64,000 bases of DNA from an uncultured Thermoleophilia bacterium (lineage in GTDB: Bacteria; Actinomycetota; Thermoleophilia; UBA2241): positions 70,020-134,019 of the forward strand of contig CAVPXA010000028.1 in the NCBI GenBank assembly GCA_963709635.1. The letters run 5' to 3'. Shown here in pieces: positions 60,181-64,000 of this stretch; position 1 is the first letter of the stretch, and each line of letters begins with the position of its first letter. Both the position numbers and the translations under genes were made by a program. The notes under the pieces are model-generated. The model had not been told where the DNA came from. It saw nothing but the letters and a program-made list of their open reading frames with translations, and did not search any database.

Positions 60181-60988
60181 ATGAAGCCGTCCTCCCCTGA
60201 GCACGTACGACCGAGGGCCTCGGCCGGTCGCGATCGACTCCGACGGGGTCGAGCTGGCCGGCCGGCTCTTCCTGCCCGCCGGCCGGCCCGAGGGCGCCCT
60301 GCTCGTGTGCCACGGCGCCGGCAGCCGCAAGGAGAACCACGAGATCATGGGCGAGCAGGCGGCCGACGCCGGGCTGGCCGCGCTGACGTTCGACTTCCGC
60401 GGCCACGGCGAGAGCGGCGGCCTGATGGGGCCGGACGGCTGGCGGGACGCCGTCGCCGCAGGCGGACGGCTGCTCGCCGAGTCCGGCGCGCCGTGGCTGG
60501 CGGCGCGCGGGGCCAGCATGGGCGGCACCATGCTGCTGCTGGCGGCGCGCGCCCGTCCGGACTGCTTCCGCTCGCTCGTGCTGCTCTGCCCGGCGGACGG
60601 CGCCTCGCTGCTCGCCGGCCTCGACGAGCTCGCCTGGGCTCCGGAGGCCGGTCCGGGCGGGCCGCAGGAGCGCGCGGCCGGCGGCCCACAGGGCGAGGCC
60701 GGCGGCCCACGAGGACGCGACTACACCGGCCGCTTCGACGAGGCCGCTCTGCGGCCGTTCCTCGAGACGCTCGACCTGGTCGCGGTCGCGCGCGGCATGC
60801 CGCGCGTGCTGCTCGCGCACGCGCGCGACGACGACTCGGTGTCCTTCGCGCACAGCGAGAGGCTGGCCGCCGTCCTGGCGCCGCCCTCGGAGTTCATCGC
60901 ACTCGACGAGGGCGGCCACCACGGCCCCGGCCGCTCGCCGCTGGTCGCCCGGGCGACGATCGACTGGGCCGAAGCGAACGGCGCCTGA
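60181..60988 (+). pseudogene. Alpha/beta-hydrolase-fold protein; probable indel near 60215 just after the start
   Basis: The conserved frame (VAIDSDGVELAGRLFLPAG...LLVCHGAGS...FDFRGHGESGG...GASMGG...HARDD...GGHH) has no start codon after the TGA at 60182. ATG 60181 is in the neighbouring frame. Confidence 0.65.
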
Positions 60989-61009
60989 CCCCGCGGCGGC
61001 CTGAGAGCC

Positions 61010-61091
61010 GGTCCGGGCGGCGCGGTCCGGGCGGCGGGTCCGGGCGGCCGGTTCGGGCGGCCGGTTCGGGCGGCCGATTCGAACGGCGGCC
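61010..61091. repeat. Tandem repeat, about 6 copies of a 13-nt unit GGTYCGGGCGGCS
   Basis: ggtccgggcggcgc ggtccgggcggcg ggtccgggcggcc ggttcgggcggcc ggttcgggcggcc gattcgaacggcggcc, read directly. Intergenic. Confidence 0.8.
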
Positions 61092-61183
61092 GAGCGCGGA
61101 CGCCGTCGGAGCGGACCCGCATGTCGGCGGGGCGCAGCCAGGAGGGATCCGTCGGGGCGAGGAGTGTGTCGGTTCGAGGGTGT

Positions 61184-61234
61184 GAGCCTTCGACGGCACC
61201 TCGATGGCACCTTCGATGGTGCCATCGAAGGCTC
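61184..61234. repeat. Second short tandem/inverted repeat (11-12-nt unit TCGAYGGYRCC, outer arms complementary)
   Basis: gagccttcgacggcacc tcgatggcacc ttcgatggtgcc atcgaaggctc. The outer gagccttcg / cgaaggctc and inner ccttcgatgg / ccatcgaagg segments can pair. Confidence 0.6.
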
Positions 61235-61360
61235 TGACCCTCAGACGACATACCCCCACCGCCCCGCGGTCAGCGTGCACGCACGGGTGCGGCGAACGCG
61301 GATCGCAGGATCAAGAGGCCGCGGCCGGGCGCAGGGACCTCGCAGCCTCGAGCGCCCCCG

Positions 61361-63350
61361 TCAGAGCAGCGGCAGGACGCGGGCGACGACGCCGCCGACG
61401 AGCAGCGCGAGGCCCAGGGTGCCGGCGCAGATGAGCGCCGTGATCCGCCACCCCAGCTCGCGCCCCAGCACCGCGATGGTCGCGACGCAGGGGATGTACA
61501 GCGCGTTGACGATCGCGAAGGTCACGATCTGCGACGTGGTCATGAACGTGGAGATGCTGACCACGGTGCCGCCGGCGGCGACCGTCGCGAACACGAGCAG
61601 CAGCTGCAGCGCGAGCTCCTTGCGCAGCACGGCGAACACGAGCGTCAGTCCGGCGACCATGGGCAGCAGCAGGACGCCCTCGACGAGGGGCCCGAGCACG
61701 GTGCCGAGCTCCCAGATCCAGCCCGTCTCGTACAGCACGCCCAGCGCCATGCTCCCCAGCAGGATGATGGGCGCCGCGTCCCACACGAACTCGCGGAACC
61801 GGCGCCACGTCTTGCGCGCGACCTGCCGCACGACGGGGCGGCGGAACGGGAACATCTCCATGACCAGCACGCCCTTGTCGCCGGGCATCAGCCGGTTCAA
61901 GCCCAGCCCGGCGAGGACGATCACGACGATGAGCACCAGGTAGGTGAGCACGGCGTACTGCCACCCGGCGACGCCGGCGACGGCGCCGATGATGACGGCC
62001 GTCCGCGCGCTGCAGGGGGTGAGCGTGGCGAGGATGGAGGCGATGACGCGCTCGCGCCGGGTGACGAGCGAGCGCGTCGCGATGATGGCGGGCACGTTGC
62101 AGCCGCCGGCGGCGATGAGCGGGATGATGGCGCGCCCGTGCAGGCCCACGCGGTGCAGCACGCGGTCGCTGAGGAACGCGGCGGCGTTCATGTACCCGGT
62201 GTCCTCCACCATCGCCAGGATGAAGTAGAACGTGAGGATGTACGGGATGCCGACGGCGAGCGTCGCGAGGATGCCGCCGTCCACGCCCCAGAGCACGACC
62301 TTGCCGAGGGTGCCGTCGCCGAAGATGGCGGTGACGACGGCGATGACGGCCGGCGAGATCCACGCCGTCCACGCCGCGGTGAGCACGCGCGAGAGCAGGT
62401 CGCCGACGATGAAGAGCGTGGCGAACACACCGACGATGACGCCCAGCAGGATCGGGATGCCGGTACGCGGCGCCGTGGTGAGGCGCCACCAGCGGTCGGC
62501 GGAGGAGCCGGTCGCGCGGGCCGCGTCGGCGAGCGCCCGCGCCTCGGCGTGCCGGGCCTTGGAGATCTCCAGGGCGAGCCCCTCGTCCGCTTCCGTGAGG
62601 GCGCCGTCCTCGTGGAGGCCGAGCGCCCGGCTCACGTCCTCGTCGCCCTCGAGCACGGCGAGCGCGGCCGCGCGCGGGCTGAGGCCTCCGGGAGGCTGCA
62701 CATCGTCGTCCTCGCGCACGGCGATGTGCAGCGCCAGCTCCGCGACGCGCCGCTCGACGTCCTGAGGTAGCGGCGTACCGGCGGTCTCGCCGAGGCCGCC
62801 GCCGGCCGCGACCGCCAGGACGGCCGCCTTGAGGTCGGCGACGCCCTCTCCGCGCGGCGCCACGGTGGGCACCACGGGGACGCCGAGGTCCCGCGAGAGC
62901 GCCTCGGCGTCCGGCATGCGCCCGCGCCGCCGCGCCTCGTCGGCGAGGTTGAGCGCGATGACCACCCGGTAGCCGAGGTCGAGCAGCTGCAGGGGCAGGT
63001 ACAGGCCTGCGCGCGAGGTTGGTGGCGTCGGCCACGGCGACCACCACGTCCGGGCGCCAGTCGAGCACCGCGCGCCTGGCCGCCAGCTGGTCCTCTCCGA
63101 GGCCGTCGAGCGCGTAGCTCCCCGGCAGGTCCACGATCTCCAGGGCCCGGTCTCTCCAGTGCATGCAGACGGCGCAGGCCTCGACGGTCACGCCGGCGCA
63201 GTGGGCGGTCTCGTGCGACTCGCCGGTGAGCGTGTTGAACAGCGAGGACTTGCCGACGTTGGGGTTGCCGGCGAGGCAGACGACGACGGGGCGCTCCGCG
63301 TCCGGCGCGTCGACAAGCTCGTGGCGCCTGGGGTGGAACGCGGTGGCCAT
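61361..63350 (-). pseudogene. feoB: Ferrous iron transporter FeoB; 1-nt insertion near 63005
   Basis: ATG 63350. G-domain GNPNVGKSSLFNTLTG...DLPG (ORF 61311..63350), then LYLPLQLLDLGYRVVIALNLADEA and the polytopic membrane domain (ORF 61361..62965). Confidence 0.9.
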
Positions 63351-63355
63351 CGGAG

Positions 63356-64000
63356 CTAGCCGCGCACCATGATCTTGTCGGTGACCTCGCGGCCGAGGGC
63401 GTACTGGGAGCCCGCCACGCGGACGAGCAGCGGGCCGTTGAACGGCGCCACGCTCTCGACGGCGACCGGCGTGTCCGGGAGCAGGCCGAGGGAGGCCAGG
63501 TAGCGCAGCAGGTCGCTCTTCTCCTCGGCGATGCAGCCGATGACGGCCTCGTCGCCGGGCTCGAGATCGGAGAGCGGACGCAGCTCGAGCTCGGGCAGCG
63601 AGCCGTCCTCGCCGGGGATCGCGTGCCCGTGCGGGCAGGTGAGCGGGTTGCCGAGCTGCTCGGCGAGCCGGGCCTCCACCTCGGGGCTGAGCACGTGCTC
63701 GAGCTTGCAGGCCTCGTCGTGGACCGCGTCCCAGGGCATGTCGAGGTAGTCGACCAGGAACCGCTCGCTGAGCCGGTGCCGGCGGACGAGCGAGACGCCC
63801 TCGGCCGCGCCCTCCTCCGTGAGCGCGATCGACCTGTCTTCAGCGGGCTCCGCGACGAGGCCGGCGGCGCGGAGCCGGCCGATCATCTCGGAGACGGAGG
63901 GCGGCGCCACGCCGAGCACCCCGGCGAGGCGGGTGACGGTGACGGGGTCGCGGCCGAGCTGCAGCTTGAAGATGGCCTCGAGGTACTCCTCGGCGTTCTG
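63356..64000 (-). CDS. DtxR/MntR-family metal-dependent regulator with C-terminal FeoA/SH3-like domain (N-terminus just outside window)
   Basis: The frame is open to the window end (NAEEYLEAIFKLQ...VTRLAGVLGVAPPSVSEMIGRL). RRHRLSERFL...WDAVHDEACKLEHVLS. FeoA-like LEPGDEAVI...LGLLPDTPVAVE. TAG stop 5 nt before feoB. Confidence 0.85.
   Translation of the reverse strand, partial: QNAEEYLEAIFKLQLGRDPVTVTRLAGVLGVAPPSVSEMIGRLRAAGLVAEPAEDRSIALTEEGAAEGVSLVRRHRLSERFLVDYLDMPWDAVHDEACKLEHVLSPEVEARLAEQLGNPLTCPHGHAIPGEDGSLPELELRPLSDLEPGDEAVIGCIAEEKSDLLRYLASLGLLPDTPVAVESVAPFNGPLLVRVAGSQYALGREVTDKIMVRG

Noticed and set aside
61010-61234. Possible CRISPR array or tRNA-like elements (GGTTCGGG / GATTCGAA motifs) in the repeat-rich spacer.
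   Set aside because: The repeats are directly abutting 11-14-nt units with no spacers, far shorter than CRISPR repeats, and no cas genes are nearby. No cloverleaf can be drawn around the GGTTCG motifs.
57290-61280. ORFs 57290..58651 (-), 57433..59553 (+, 706 aa), 58874..60151 tail, 60167..61225 (-, 352 aa), 60181..61185 (+, 334 aa) and 60721..61280 (-).
   Set aside because: They are Arg/Pro/Gly-rich shadows of otsA, the TreT-like gene and the hydrolase gene. The ones reaching 61000-61280 simply read through the tandem repeats.
28000-64000. Programmed ribosomal frameshifting or genuine pseudogenes as the explanation for the frame breaks.
   Set aside because: There are far too many sites, in both directions, without slippery heptamers or downstream structures. 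They affect essential single-copy genes whose sequence is otherwise perfectly conserved, so assembly error is the parsimonious reading.

Overview
This is a high-GC bacterial chromosomal segment, roughly 70% G+C judged by eye rather than computed. It carries about 62 protein genes and one tRNA. I found no rRNA, no CRISPR array and no recognisable IS or integrase. Gene order (gltX-cysS-rlmB-yacP-sigH, gatCAB, csp, CwlO-like and amidase cell-wall enzymes) resembles a high-GC member of the Bacillota more than an actinobacterium, but taxonomy cannot be settled from this window. The headline feature is a complete but dispersed pyrrolysine (UAG-recoding) cassette. It comprises a split synthetase (pylSc 17402-18262 plus strand, pylSn 20242-20571 minus strand), a hand-folded tRNA-Pyl with CUA anticodon (21936-22008 minus strand) and pylBCD (22143-25265 minus strand). 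A cobalamin-binding corrinoid protein, an unassigned radical SAM gene and a nitroreductase are interleaved with it. Other blocks are as follows.
- A tungsten/molybdenum-type aldehyde:ferredoxin oxidoreductase operon (AOR, ferredoxin, MoaD-like).
- A NifV/LeuA-type synthase with LeuCD-type dehydratase and an IDH-type dehydrogenase.
- A putrescine aminotransferase with a TetR regulator.
- Two paralogous APC permeases flanking an Lrp regulator.
- A C1-tetrahydrofolate cluster (fhs, fchA, folD) joined to a NuoEF/HydBC-like flavoprotein pair.
- larC, trehalose-type glycosyltransferases, an orphan DNA methyltransferase, and feoB with a DtxR-family regulator.
Major caveat: about 35 single-base indels break otherwise strongly conserved reading frames, including essential genes such as gatA, gatB and fhs, mostly between 28 kb and 64 kb. 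I read these as assembly or sequencing errors rather than biology. Such genes are listed as type pseudogene only because the sequence as given cannot encode the full protein. All homology statements come from my recognition of motifs in the supplied translations; no database search was run.
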